A stretch of 59,805 nt of DNA, the filler included, from Sphacelaria rigidula (taxonomy: Eukaryota), in NCBI GenBank assembly GCA_964200075.2. It is 9 parts of 9 records of this genome, joined end to end, with 100 filler letters (N's around TTAATTAATTAA, not from the genome) between each part and the next. Parts side by side here need not be neighbours in the genome. Positions count along the whole stretch, not along the records: positions 6,658 to 13,214 come from CAXNAA020019363.1; positions 13,315 to 19,870 come from CAXNAA020019364.1; positions 19,971 to 26,526 come from CAXNAA020019365.1; 6 more parts are not named here. The stretch is one strand, 5' to 3'. Position 1 is the stretch's first letter, and each line of letters begins with the position of its first letter. This document shows, one piece after another, positions 12,113-23,865 of this stretch. The notes under the pieces were generated by a model, which made no database searches, was not told the DNA's origin, and saw only the letters and a list, made by a program, of their open reading frames with translations. A program made the position numbers and the translations under genes.

Positions 12113-12972
12113 CGACCCTCCGCTTTGATTGTCCATTGTGGAGGCGGAAGGAGTATTCTGGCTGCTGAGGAGTTCTTGGAGGTGGTAGCGGCCACTGATG
12201 CAGACTAGAAAGCGTTGGATTGTCTTCGAGAGAACAAAATCGGAAAGGGAGTCAGGCTGGTACGTACGAGTCCGGGGCGCAGTTCTCTCCACAACCTTGT
12301 GGAGGAGGTGCAACCAGAAGCTTTGGTAAGAAATACAAGTAGGATTGCCTCCATTGAGCGGGGTGCGGCGGAGTCGGAGTCCGCCGACGTTGCCAGAGAG
12401 TTGGTCGAGACATTCCTCTCCTCAACTTCGGTGACAACTCTGATATTGGAGAGTACTACTGTAATGGTGAACTCTCCTGGTTGGAAGGAGCGCGTTGCTC
12501 CGTTGTTGAGCGGAGCTGGTTGCCTCACCGAGCAGGCCCCGAATCGGAAGAGACGGACTATGTGGTCGCTTTGAAAGCTGATCGTCAGAGGGAAGGGCCA
12601 CTGCGAGTGTGGAAGCAGCGAGTGGAAGCGCACGCCATTGCCTGCCCCACGTTGAGTCAGCTATTGGGGCGGATTGGCACCCACTTTCTGTAGCCGACGG
12701 GACAAGGCAAGGCTATTCACGATTCCGAGGATCCGATGCCCACGTTATCTCGCCCCCGGCTGACGAAAGGAAAACCAAGGTGCGAGGAATTCAAACTCCA
12801 CTGGGCGAACGCAGGGAGATGGGAGGAAGAAGTCGAGCTGGAAAGAGTCGATCTCGTGAGAGTCGCGACCACCCTTGACCGTTACGAGACTCCACCCACG
12901 GTGAATAACGACGCCATGCCAGAGATTCTGGCTAGTTTCGTTCACCCGTGGATGATGATGGCGGTTCTATGA
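12113..12972 (+). pseudogene. C5 cytosine DNA methyltransferase-like domain inside Gypsy pol, lacking the catalytic PC
   Basis: Manual translation gives motif-like blocks I, II, VI, VIII, IX and X in canonical order (see findings); stops at 12206, 12691, 12970; frameshift ~12558. Confidence 0.62.
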
Positions 12973-13214
12973 AGCTTGGAAGCGGGAGGTTTGTTGAACC
13001 TGACTCAGATTCAGAACGAGGATGAGGATCTAAGCGCGCTCGCAGCGATATGGCCGTGTGATAAAGCAGAGTCACTGGAAACTTGGGGAGCCGCCGTAAC
13101 TGGCTCGTCGGTTCACGAGCCAGAACATAAGTCAAACCAAGACGATGGTAGGGGCGTACTCATTTTTTGCTTGCCTTGGTCGTTTGACCATTGACCACGC
13201 ATCCCTTGCGAGAC

Positions 13215-13314
13215 NNNNNNNNNNNNNNNNNNNNNNNNNNNNNNNNNNNNNNNNNNNNTTAATTAATTAANNNNNNNNNNNNNNNNNNNNNNNNNNNNNN
13301 NNNNNNNNNNNNNN
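13215..13314. other. Artificial contig linker
   Basis: Same 100-bp spacer. Confidence 0.98.
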
Positions 13315-13385
13315 TGGCCATTTTTTTCGTGACACTTTTAGCTGGTATTGGGGGGGGGGCTATCATATGTGTCCGTAGTGAAGCT

Positions 13386-13720
13386 CTACTCGGGGGCATT
13401 AGTGGAGCAGCGACCCATGGTAAACCGCATATGGAATGGGAGAAGTGATGTACGGGACGTCTCAATGTGTGGGTAATACTTCGTGTTCAGCAAGCCGCCC
13501 TCGAACCTAACACGGTAAAAATGACCTCCCTGGAAGAACGTCACCAGTATAGGAGTGGGGCAGGAAGACAGAAGATTCAATCGCCGGACGCTTGAATGGT
13601 GTCCATGCAGATTTCCTGACACAAACGTGAGGTAGTTGTGTCAAGGGTGTCTAACTTCGCTTCAGGCTACAAGCCCGTGTTGGAGGCATCATCTGGTGTC
13701 GGTGAGCCAGCATTAGATTT
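13386..13720 (+). repeat. Unclassified interspersed repeat, inverted partner of ~27210-27545
   Basis: Reverse complement aligns with 27210-27545. Confidence 0.8.
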
Positions 13721-14412
13721 ACGTCACACCAGACACCTAACAAACACTAGGATTGGTATATTCGAGTACCTTGAACATGATCCATCGCACAACTGCAAAC
13801 AAACAAGTTGGAGACTTTCTCGAAAGAGATCGAGAGTGCGACAGTAATGCGGGGTGAATTATGCGCCACAGGGTGGACCGGTAAAGTACTAGTAGCGCTA
13901 GTATATGGAGTCCTTAGCGATATGACGAGAATAGAGTTCAAGAGGACATATGATGAAGTAGTACTGTACTGTTTGGCGATAGTAAAGATAGGAAAGGGAG
14001 GCGAATACTTCCAAGTCACGCTATAAACGAGAGCGAGCAAGGAGTGGTGGTGGGAGAGGCAAAGGCAGGTAAAGTGTCGGCATGAGGTAGAAGTGTAGCA
14101 TGGAGAGGACGTACAGACTGAATAATAGTGGAGGCTTCTTGACTGTGTAGTTGTAAAATATGGAAGTTGTCAGGAAAACGGGACTACATGCACGCGAAGC
14201 ATACGTGGAAAACACGGATCTTTGCCTGATATGGACAGAGCCAACAGACGAGAGTTATAAACAATATAGGCATGGTAGGAAGCTGTACAAATGGAGAATA
14301 ATATCCCTCAGAAAAATAAAGAACAGCTCGAGTTTCAAGGAGATGAACAAAAATACAGGGAAATTTTCCGAGCTGTTGAAAAGCGTAGTCACAGCTAAGG
14401 CGGGTTTTAACG

Positions 14413-15162
14413 CAGGGGATTTCCCCCTTTTCGAAAATCTTTTCTTGAAAGGGGATTACCCCCATCACGACCAGTTTGAGTCTTATCGAGAAGCAGTTTT
14501 GTCAAGAGCGAAGCCCAGATATGCACACAGGTTCAGAAATTCAGTGGTTTTGGAAGTGGTTGTTAGTCCAACGTCTCTGCAATGCTGCAGATAAGGCGCA
14601 ATAAGGCCAACACAACACCTACACACCCAGCCCCTAAAACACACGCACAGACACCAATCACTCACGCGCATGAGTTCCGGCGCTAGCCCTTGCTATTCTA
14701 CACACGGCAGTCCTTACTTGATGGAAATTCATTCTGTATTGGACGAATGGCGGCCGTATGCGTGTCAAAATTAGTCGAAAATGTGTCGTTGCTGACTGTT
14801 CGTGTGCGTGTGCGTGTGCTGTGCGCGCGTCCCACACTAATCACCCTTTCTTATCGACTTCTAAACAGATTTGGGCAAGTCGTGCACAGCGTGCTCAGCT
14901 GATGAGCAACTGTGGCTCAAGCTGTGTGTTTTTGGTTTCCGGTAGCACCAAGTTCCTTAGGTTTACCTCTGATTATGTTGGGTTGTTTGGCAAGCCTTCG
15001 CATGCGCCCCTGTCAACGGGACATGTATGTTCCCCTTCTCGGTGTCCGGAAATCCCCTTTTGACCGTTTTTCCGGGCACGGTTCTCGGGGGGTGGTATCG
15101 CAGCGATAAATCAAACCGTCGTTTTTGAGAAAGAGGAATTCCAAAAAGGGGTCAATCTCCTT
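14413..15162 (-). mobile_element. Second copy of the 3556-4357 TIR element, inserted in the LINE
   Basis: Inverted homology to 3556-4357; CAGGGGATTTCCCC terminus; LINE-like coding sequence on both sides. Confidence 0.8.
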
Positions 15163-15780
15163 TGATGAGAGCCCCCCGAATACCGAAATAGGAAGGGATC
15201 GGGTAGGATTGTAGAAGGATGGAAGCAAGTGATCGTACGTAACAGAGCAGTAAAATGATGGGATGAAGAAGTAAAGGAGGACACTGTATAAAAGTAACTA
15301 GGAAGGCCCACGCAAGACATACATAATAGAGTAAAGCTACGGCAGGGTAGGAACAGTATGCCACGGCTAGAAAAGAGGCATAAAGATGAAGCGGCAATAG
15401 AGAGGAATATGAAAATATGTAGTGAATAAAACAAATGAGAGATTTCGATTGTGAAATGAAGCAGATGTGGGTAGGGATAAAAGGGATAATGGGCAAACAG
15501 GCAAGAGAGACAGACAAGGGGATAGATACACCGACAGCACAAGGCGGTAAAATGGGTAGTAGTTCAAAGGGGTAGAGGGAAGTACAGTAGACACTACCGA
15601 AACCTAGGAACACTGACAACTAACAAGACGTCCAACGCGGAATTCGAGAAAGGAAACAACGCGTTGGTGGAAGTAAATGTAGAGGTATCAAAACGGCAAG
15701 ACATTGGGTCCAAAAAATTGAAGAGAGAGTTCATAAGAGAGGTAGTGAAGGAGTGTGTAGCCAAAATCAAGAGCAGAAAG

Positions 15781-15868
15781 CAGCGCTGACTTGTCAGTAG
15801 TCTAGTTGGTTGTCTCTTACACCGTCACAAAAGTTAGTGGCTGGTTCGATTCCCGTCGGACCCACTTT
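15781..15868 (+). mobile_element. tRNA-derived SINE head (Asp-GTC-like)
   Basis: A-box-like TAGTCTAGTTGG, CCGTCAC anticodon-like loop, B-box GGTTCGATTCCC; no convincing cloverleaf. Confidence 0.65.
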
Positions 15869-15869
15869 C

Positions 15870-16218
15870 TTTGAAGAAAAAGGAGGAGAGAAAACCTCTG
15901 TAAAAAATTGGCCCCAAGGAGAGAAAATCTCGGTAAAAAAATGGCCAAAAAGGAAACGGGTGGGGTATAGCCAGGTGACTATCTTTGGAGTGTACTACTA
16001 AAGACCCCAGTGCACACACTCTGGAAATGAATGGGGGAGACGAGTAACTCTAGGGTACGGTGAGAGTGCCAACATTAGGGGTTCTGATTGCAGTCGATAG
16101 AGCGCTGGCAAGGGGAGTCGCCCTCCTCGGAGTGAAAGTCACGGGGATCGAACCCCCACGACTAACTTTTGTGACGGTTTAAGAGACAACTAACTAGACT
16201 ACTGACAAGTCAGCGCTG
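15870..16218 (-). mobile_element. tRNA-derived SINE (head, body and short tandem tail)
   Basis: Same head on the minus strand (GGTTCGATCCCC); body matches 32940-33182(+). Confidence 0.75.
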
Positions 16219-18478
16219 ACTGGTCAGTAGTCTAGTTGGGTGTCTCTTAAACCGTCACAGTACACACGCAAGAGGTGGAGAGGAGGAGCAGCAGTGAACT
16301 TGTTCAAGAAAGGAAACAAGGCTGCTCCCAGGGAATTATTGAGAGATAACGCTACTGAGCACCGTAACAGCACCATAGCAGCACCATAGGGACAACATTC
16401 TCCAAGATTCTGAACGAAAACGTGGGAATGATAGTGGAGAAGGAATAAAACATCAGCGGGGGGCAAGCAGGTTTCAGACCGAAACGTCATTGCGCAGACC
16501 ATGTGTACACATTAGGTAAGGCTATATAAGGTGGGAAAGACGCGCAGCTAACTACGTGCTGTTTTTTCTGGACGTACAGAAGGTCTACGGCACAATATGG
16601 AACAGTGGGCTGTGGGAAAATATGTGGGAAAATGCTATCATAGGGAAAACGTGGAAAAAGGTGGAAAATATGACAAAGTGCGAGAAGCGCCAACATGCTA
16701 AATGGGGAAATATCGAAATATTTTTATATTTTAAAAGAGTTGCAAATCACTCCTCACTTGTGCAACCAAAGAGTCCTGAAATTGTGAAAAGGATGTACGT
16801 TATCACCCACTTTGTTCACGCCATTTCAAAACGACGTGGTATATAGATAGCAGCAAAGCAAGGAGTCCGGGTGGGGGAAGATACGGTATCAGGATTGATG
16901 TTCGCGGATGATTTTGTGGGGATATCAGAAACGCCAGAAGGATTACAGAGGCAGATAGAGAAAGCGCTAGTATTCGCAAGGAAATGGAGAATGACAGCGA
17001 ACGTAAACAATGCGCAGTAGTTGAAAGGAAGATGAGGAAAACGCGATATAGTCCAGATGTAAGAGGGGAGAAGAAGACTTGTCTACCGTAGACCAGTATG
17101 CATTCCTCGGCGTGAAGATCTAGAAATACTTTCATCAGGGTTCACACATAAATGAACTCATGGGAAATGGAAGGCAAAGATAGGCAAGATGGACGTGATC
17201 CTAAGAGACTCGCACCTAGATACTAGGATCCAGGGACGTATTCTGATGAATGTGATTGTACCAAAGCTGAAATATGCAGAAGAAGTAGGGGAGGTGAACG
17301 CGAAGTTGGTGAAGCAGCGGGAAACAGTCCAGATGGCAGTGGCTAAGAAAATACTTGGATGCTCAAAAACGACGAGTAATAATGTCGGAATCGAGAATAT
17401 ACTCACTTGAAACAGAGATATGAGGAAATTGAAGTGGCGCGATAACGCAAGGAACAAGCCAAGAGAGAGATTGCCATCCATGGTTGATATGGCTGTATGG
17501 AAGAAAGTAACGGGAGGTCAGACTGGAACAAGGTGGGATAGCGAAGTCGAGAATGTATGGAATGACATTGGAGGAAACCAAGACGAAATACTATCCATAG
17601 GTGACGGCGCGGGGCACAAAACAAAAGTAAGGGACATGACAGAGTAAGGGGGAAATAAGCACTCAGACGCAAAGTAGACGAGAAGGAGAACCGAGAGATA
17701 TACGGAGGGCTAAGAGAAGGGGCACGGGTGAAAACCTATCTGCACAGCCCACTGCGCGAAAAAGTTGAAAGTGCAATTTACGGTGGGGATCTCGATCTGC
17801 CAGAAAGAAGAAAGAGGAATACCAGAAGTCGGATGTAGGGAGTAGATGCACAGAACTGCCCTCGTAACAAATCAACAGGGGGTAGAACTCGTATAGTGGC
17901 AGAATGTGAACTATACAAGGCCGAACGGAACATGTTAGGGAAGTATGGGGCGTAAACGAAGGTGGCATGACATCGTTTGGTGCATTAGATCATTAGACAG
18001 TAGCCACAAAACGATGGTTATACTACGGGATAGATGGCGACTATAAACTGCGAAACAGGAAGGAAACCTATACTCTAATATCTCCATAAAAGCACAATCG
18101 ATTGTTCACGTGCTACAAAGGCATACAAGTAGGACCCATACGTGCCCCCTTTTTGAAAACGAAACAGCATATATTCTTTGGTGGTCGTGCGCAGGGACCA
18201 AAACCTAATGGCTAATGACAGCAACACGATCCAAATCAGGAGGGCATGGGTTCTCACGCACGTGACATATTATGACACGAGTGCAGGGAAACAGATAGAC
18301 CACAACAAGATATTTGAAGCATATTTCAACGGACCATTGCTCCACGCTCGGGCATCGAATGCTGCTCGATTCCATAGTGACTTCTGACAACAACACCGGC
18401 AGTGAAGATCTTGTTCACAATCTCGTACCACCTTTCGCCAGCCCATTCCCCCTCCGCCCTCACGGCGCCTTTGTGTAC

Positions 18479-18606
18479 CTGATGTTCTCGTTGACGAACG
18501 CCAAGCAAAACGCGCCGATCACGGCGAAGGCATATTTGACCCAAGTATCCACCACCGCATTTCCGAATAGGAATATCACGCACGACGTACTACTCGGCGG
18601 CGCCGC
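18479..18606 (-). CDS. Internal exon of a probable Ctr/SLC31 copper transporter
   Basis: TATCAG|GCG...ATCAG|GTAC boundaries; encodes AAPPSSTSCVIFLFGNAVVDTWVKYAFAVIGAFCLAFVNENIR, resembling the Ctr pre-TM1/TM1 segment; other exons not located. Confidence 0.6.
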
Positions 18607-19870
18607 CTGATATCCGCGATAATCAAAATCAAGCAGGGCGGGTAGCAAAGAAGCGTCAAGATTGCAAACACACCTGTCATAAGAAGAGGCAGACTGAAAG
18701 GCTTGCAGGTGCGGCTTTGCGAGAAGGTTCTACATGCCCTCTCTCGTTTCCCGGACGGGCGCAAAACGATCAGATACTCCGACGTAACCCTGCCCGGAGT
18801 TCCGAGAAAGGTGCAGCAAATCTACATACAGCATGCACTCTGGGAGCCAAGGAGGTACGTTTACGCGAGTTGTTTGCCAATATCCACTCTTGACCATACC
18901 TTGTTTCTGCCATAACCTGAGGTTGATCTTAATGATCCCGAGCCTAACCCAAGGTATGACGAGAACCCTCAGGCAAAGAGGGGAATATGCGCAGCGTCCT
19001 CGCTGATGACCAACTCTTGTAAGCACCACTGCTGCGAAATGAATGAAAAAATGGTACAAGTAGATTCGGTATCATTTGCACGCGGAGGGTGATCCCGACG
19101 TCGGATGAACTGACTGTCAAGGGTGCACTAAAGGGGTGAATCCATTGATCACCATGCTGGGTGGGTTATCTGGGACTTCCGATCGTTTTGAAATTGAAGA
19201 AACGCACCCATATGACCCACCCTGGCGCAAGGGGTTGAGGAAAAGCACAATCTGAAACTCATCATTATTGTATTTCTAGTCTCGAGTATGCTACAAACGG
19301 GCGAATTAAGAATAATTTCCACATAAGTACCCATATCATACACGTACTTGGCGGCTCAACCAAACTGGGGTGTGCTGTCCGCACCCTGCGGACATGCACA
19401 GGACCACCAAGGACTGTCGTTGTCCAAATCGTCGGGTTGGACAGGAGACATTTCCCGCGCGCACGATTGGAACATGTTGTGTTTCATAATAGTCGATCTG
19501 TGAAAACAGCAATTGGGAGGGTCTCCTTGAAAATGAGGTTGAACGTCAAAGTTGAGGTTCAACACAAAACAGTGCTTTCCCTTACTCGCAATTATGAGTG
19601 GCTTTCATATGGACGACCTCATGCCCCTTAATCTCCCCAACACTATTTTCGGGATTTTCCCGTCTTCTGTTCCCCCAAAGTATATGTACGAAAGCACCCT
19701 TTCGCCTCGATTTCGGACTGGAAAAAAAGGGGCGCTCTTCACCCTTTCGGCACCGGCTATGGAAAAGTGTGGACTTCGAGGCGCTGTTTTTTTAACGGCA
19801 TACTTCCTCTGTCCCATAAGCAAAGTCCGTTGTGTTTATACGAGCCCTTCACGGTGTCCGATTTGATTTT

Positions 19871-19970
19871 NNNNNNNNNNNNNNNNNNNNNNNNNNNNNN
19901 NNNNNNNNNNNNNNTTAATTAATTAANNNNNNNNNNNNNNNNNNNNNNNNNNNNNNNNNNNNNNNNNNNN
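19871..19970. other. Artificial contig linker
   Basis: Same 100-bp spacer. Confidence 0.98.
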
Positions 19971-20140
19971 CCATGGGGCCGCGTTAGGAGCACGCCCGTT
20001 TTGTTGTGGGGTGGGGGGGGGGGTATCTCGGCAGCAATCTTGGTGTGAAATCAGCCGTGACACCCTCTACTTTGCATTGAGCAGCATGCACAAAGCAAGG
20101 GAGAGGGATGTTACGGCGGGTATCAGTTGCATATGTAGGC

Positions 20141-20300
20141 CGCGCCCCGGTGGTGTAATGGTCCAATTTTCGCCATTTCGGTGGAGAGAACGGAGGTTCG
20201 ATTCTCGATGCGTTGGGTTTTTTCTTCGTAATGTATGATTTCCACCGTGGAAAGCGTGAGGACGTGAGTAAGCAAAGTCATCGACCGAGTTTGTGTGACG
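20141..20300 (+). mobile_element. tRNA-derived SINE-like 5' part, split by the LTR element; probably resumes at 24951-~25230
   Basis: TGGTGTAATGGT A-box-like and GGTTCGATTC B-box at tRNA-like spacing. Confidence 0.5.
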
Positions 20301-20562
20301 TATAGACTTCTGTCGATCAAGATCAGATCGTCATGTGGACTCCTCCCATCATGGGCACATGGACTTCAGTAGCTTTAGTTATTCATATATATTAACCCTC
20401 AGCATAGTACAGGAGAACAGGACCATAGCCTCTCTCCACCAGAGTAGCAAAACCAGGCCATTTCGTCATGGAGGTCACCTATCACAGAGCCCGGCAATCA
20501 GGCCCGCAACTCCACCTGCATATGTCCCCAACCTTGGGTAAAAATAGTGGGTACAGTCTACA
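20301..20562 (-). repeat. LTR (3' LTR if the element is on the minus strand)
   Basis: Direct repeat of 24691-24950. Confidence 0.9.
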
Positions 20563-23334
20563 GCACCCCCCAAGCTCTCTACTACCAACAAGTAGTTACA
20601 TCAGAGCTTGGCAAACTCTAACATCATTGGTGCCTGATAGTGCCGTCGTTTTCCGCAAAGAATAGCAATCTATTCCGCTGCTTTCGACAACAGCTCCTTA
20701 CAAGCGTGCCCCACTTCCGAACAACTCGCAAGGGATCCCAAGAAAATATCGCTCATCATGAACATGCAATCACGCTACTTGCACCACTTCGAGTTACAAA
20801 GCGATAGCTAGCGCCAAATTCTCAAACCTTCGCCCAAAACAAGTCTCTTGACTCTTCATCGGCACGAAACTGGAAATGTCAGCGAACGTCAAATTCCAGA
20901 GCATTCGTGACTCATCGTCCCGCTCATCCAAGACAAGGTTCTTCTCAACATACAAAGTGTACTCTTTGTACGTTCAACACCTGCGCAACGGAGTGCAGCA
21001 GCCAAACGGTACATCATCCTCACGCTAGAAGGAAATAAGCACCCAACACGTGTACAACGCACCTGGCCTCTTGTTCTGCAACACCGTAAAAAACGTATGC
21101 ATCCTATGCCTCCCCGCCGTCCAAGCTTCACTGCTTCAACTTGCCATCATTTCATTAAGACAATCAAAGGAAAGCCATGACTCAAACCGCTGTTCAAGTC
21201 ATGCATGCTAAGCGAACGACGGCGCACGGACCTCGACCTCCGCCATCATTGATCACCCCTCGTGATCTCGTTTTCGAACTCTTGTTTTCAAGCGAATCCT
21301 AGATATTCTATATCTCGTTTGAATCTCGGCCGTTCATATCCCATTCGTGTATCAGTCAAAATGTAGAGATGATGAATTCCCCGACACTCTTGCAGTCCAC
21401 CTGCACCAGTTATTCGAACAAATGGACGCATCATCCACATGCTTCTTATGACATGAACCAAAAACCAACCACGTGCTCGTTCAAACACGTGACATTCCAT
21501 ACAAAACGTGCCACGGTCAAAGATCATTGGTGCATGAGCGCATGATGTCTTTATCTTCAACCACCGAAAACACTCGCGTCATACCTGCTCACATACGACG
21601 AGCCTGCGCATTTCGTACCTTTCAGCTCATCTTCACGCTAACAGTGGGTGTCACCGACTCCTAAAGTCAGTACGAGCCTACGCAATTCGTAGTGTTTGCT
21701 CATTTTCACGCAAACAGCAGCAATCCATACATCCTGCAGTCAGTACGTGCAAACCGCACAAGTATGATTCGACTGTGTTCCTGCGCGAAATTATACGAGC
21801 TTCACTTCATTTAGCATACAGCAGTGTATTGCAAACTGGCCCACCCTAGGTCGTCACTAGATACCATTCATATCAGTACCATTTGAGCAAAAATTCGCAC
21901 ATGCCTGCCAAAATTTCACTCAGCATATGAGAACCCACACATGCATGCCAATATTTCACTCAGCACGTGCAATGCCACCTTCCTCGCAGTAAACAACATG
22001 CATCATCCGTGCCAACCAGATCAGCGCAACACACAGATGCCAAATACCCACGTGTACGCCAGAGTTTTACCCTGCACACGCGATACGATCATACTCGCTC
22101 AACAACCATGTTTCATGCGCGAACATGACCATATACCACACAATAACAAGCTGCAACCAGTATCAAAATGATTCGCGAATACCGGTCATAACATGTTTCC
22201 TCATTCTCAACAAGCACTCAATCACAACAGCACTTGCTCCTCAACATCAGTACCAACTCGGCGCTCACTATAACAGCAAACACCTCACCTAATGCTTCCT
22301 TTGTAGTCCTCGAGCCCGCTCCTGAGAAACAGCAGCACTCGAACCACAACCCAGTGCACAGCGTGGGGCAGCCTTTCCTCTCGGACGCTCCCTCCTTGCA
22401 CCTTCAGTCTAGCTACACCTGGCACCCCCATGGTGTAGCTCAACACGCCTCTAAAAGGTATATTCGCACCGCCAAACCAATGCGACAGATCATATGCCTC
22501 CACAGATACTTCGGCAGTACTGAACACCTGTGCTTCAGTCAGTTCTACAGAGGAAACCAGAGGCGAAACGGGAACAGCTACACTGTCCCGAACAGCAACA
22601 CCTCCTGATGGCACACTATCCTCCTCAAACAACCCGCGGCGAAACAGTGGAGACACCTCCGCCATCGCCGCCAAAAACGCCAAAGCTGTCCATGTGAGCA
22701 GCAGTGCACACGACCACCCCAACACCACGCGACGCTCGTCGTCGCCGTCAGAATTGTGATCGCTAACAGCATCACGAGCTTACAGCTCGCTCTGCGTACC
22801 CGCTTCACGCGGGTCACACGCCCTTGTTGTATCGATCATGCAAGGCGTGTCCACAGCTACGCGCTGCTCCGGCGGCAATTCCGCCAACCCGGCATCCACC
22901 TGTCCCTCAAGCAGACACCCCTGCGAATCATCTGAATGATCTCCCGCCATGTCACTGGAGCAGATAGATTCACCCTGAGAATCGCAAGCTCCAAGCTTAC
23001 TCTGCTCACTCTCATCACGAAGATAACACCCCGTCGCAGCGATGAGCATGCAAAAGGTGTGTCCCTAATCACGCTCTGGTCCGGCGGCCGCAAGCAACCT
23101 GGACCTTTGCCCCTCAGCGCTAGCTCATCGGAGATAACTGGTTTCGCGCTTCCAACAGCAGCGGCAGCAGCGGCTGGATCAAATACTCCCGCTTCAGCCA
23201 CCACCTCCTGCTCAGCGCACTCCTGAACGGCAGCAGCGGCGGCTGAGCTGCCTGCAGTCCGCTCGAGCAGCGTGGCATGTTCGCCCTCTCCAACAGCAAT
23301 ACCAGCAGCATCCAAACCAATGCTTACCGTGGTA

Positions 23335-23865
23335 CTGTCAGCGGGCGCGCTCTCATGCCTACCCGTTTTGACAGACACGTGCTGCGTCTCCTTCCCGCTC
23401 TGCACAGTGGAAACAGCTGCCCTGTATCGTGGTTTGAGGCACACCCTACCGACTGCACGTTCGGCGGGTGCACGATCGTACCTATCCCCTCGGGCAGACA
23501 CATGCTTCTCGGCTTTCACAGTGCAAGCATCTGCCCTGTATCGTTGTTTCAAACGCGCAGCACCTACTGCACGTTCGGCGGGTGCACTATCGTGCCTATC
23601 CCCTCGGGCAGACACATGCTTCTCGGCTTTCATAGTACAAGCATCTGCCCTGTATCGTTGTTTCAAACCTGCAGCATCTACTGCACGTTCGGCGGGTGCA
23701 CTATCGTGCCTATCCCCTCGGGCAGACATATGCTTCTCGGCTTTCATAGTGAAAGCATCTGCCCTGTATCGTTGTTTCAAACGCGCAGCACCTACTGCAC
23801 GTTCGGCGGGTGCACTATCGTGCCTGTGTCCCCTCAGGCAGACACATGCTTCTCTACTTTCACAG
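23335..23865. repeat. 114-bp tandem repeat, ~4.5 copies
   Basis: GCACGTTCGGCGGGTGCAC recurs at 23455, 23569, 23683 and 23797. Confidence 0.95.

Larger units (their letters stand above)
8100..13110 (+). mobile_element. Degenerate Ty3/Gypsy LTR retrotransposon (gag, PR, RT, deletion, MTase-like region, start of pre-integrase region); LTRs not identified
   Basis: CCHC knuckle, LDTGA protease, Gypsy-type RT motifs; multiple stops and frameshifts; boundaries approximate. Confidence 0.9.
14100..18065 (+). mobile_element. Degenerate non-LTR retrotransposon (LINE) ORF2, interrupted by two insertions
   Basis: Linker K*WDEEVK (~15250), VNLFKKGNK (~16295), QAGFR (~16465), FLDVQKVY (~16565), GLMFADDFVGIS (FADD at 16901-16912), C-terminal VGDLDLPERRK and IVAECELYK; 5' boundary approximate. 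Confidence 0.92.

Noticed and set aside
6658..13214. Contig 2 as one TIR element enclosing the Gypsy
   Set aside because: The inverted ends are copies of a high-copy short repeat that also occurs in other contigs and causes assembly breaks.
15781..15868. Functional tRNA-Asp gene
   Set aside because: A/B boxes are present but stems do not pair convincingly; the same head is attached to a SINE body nearby.
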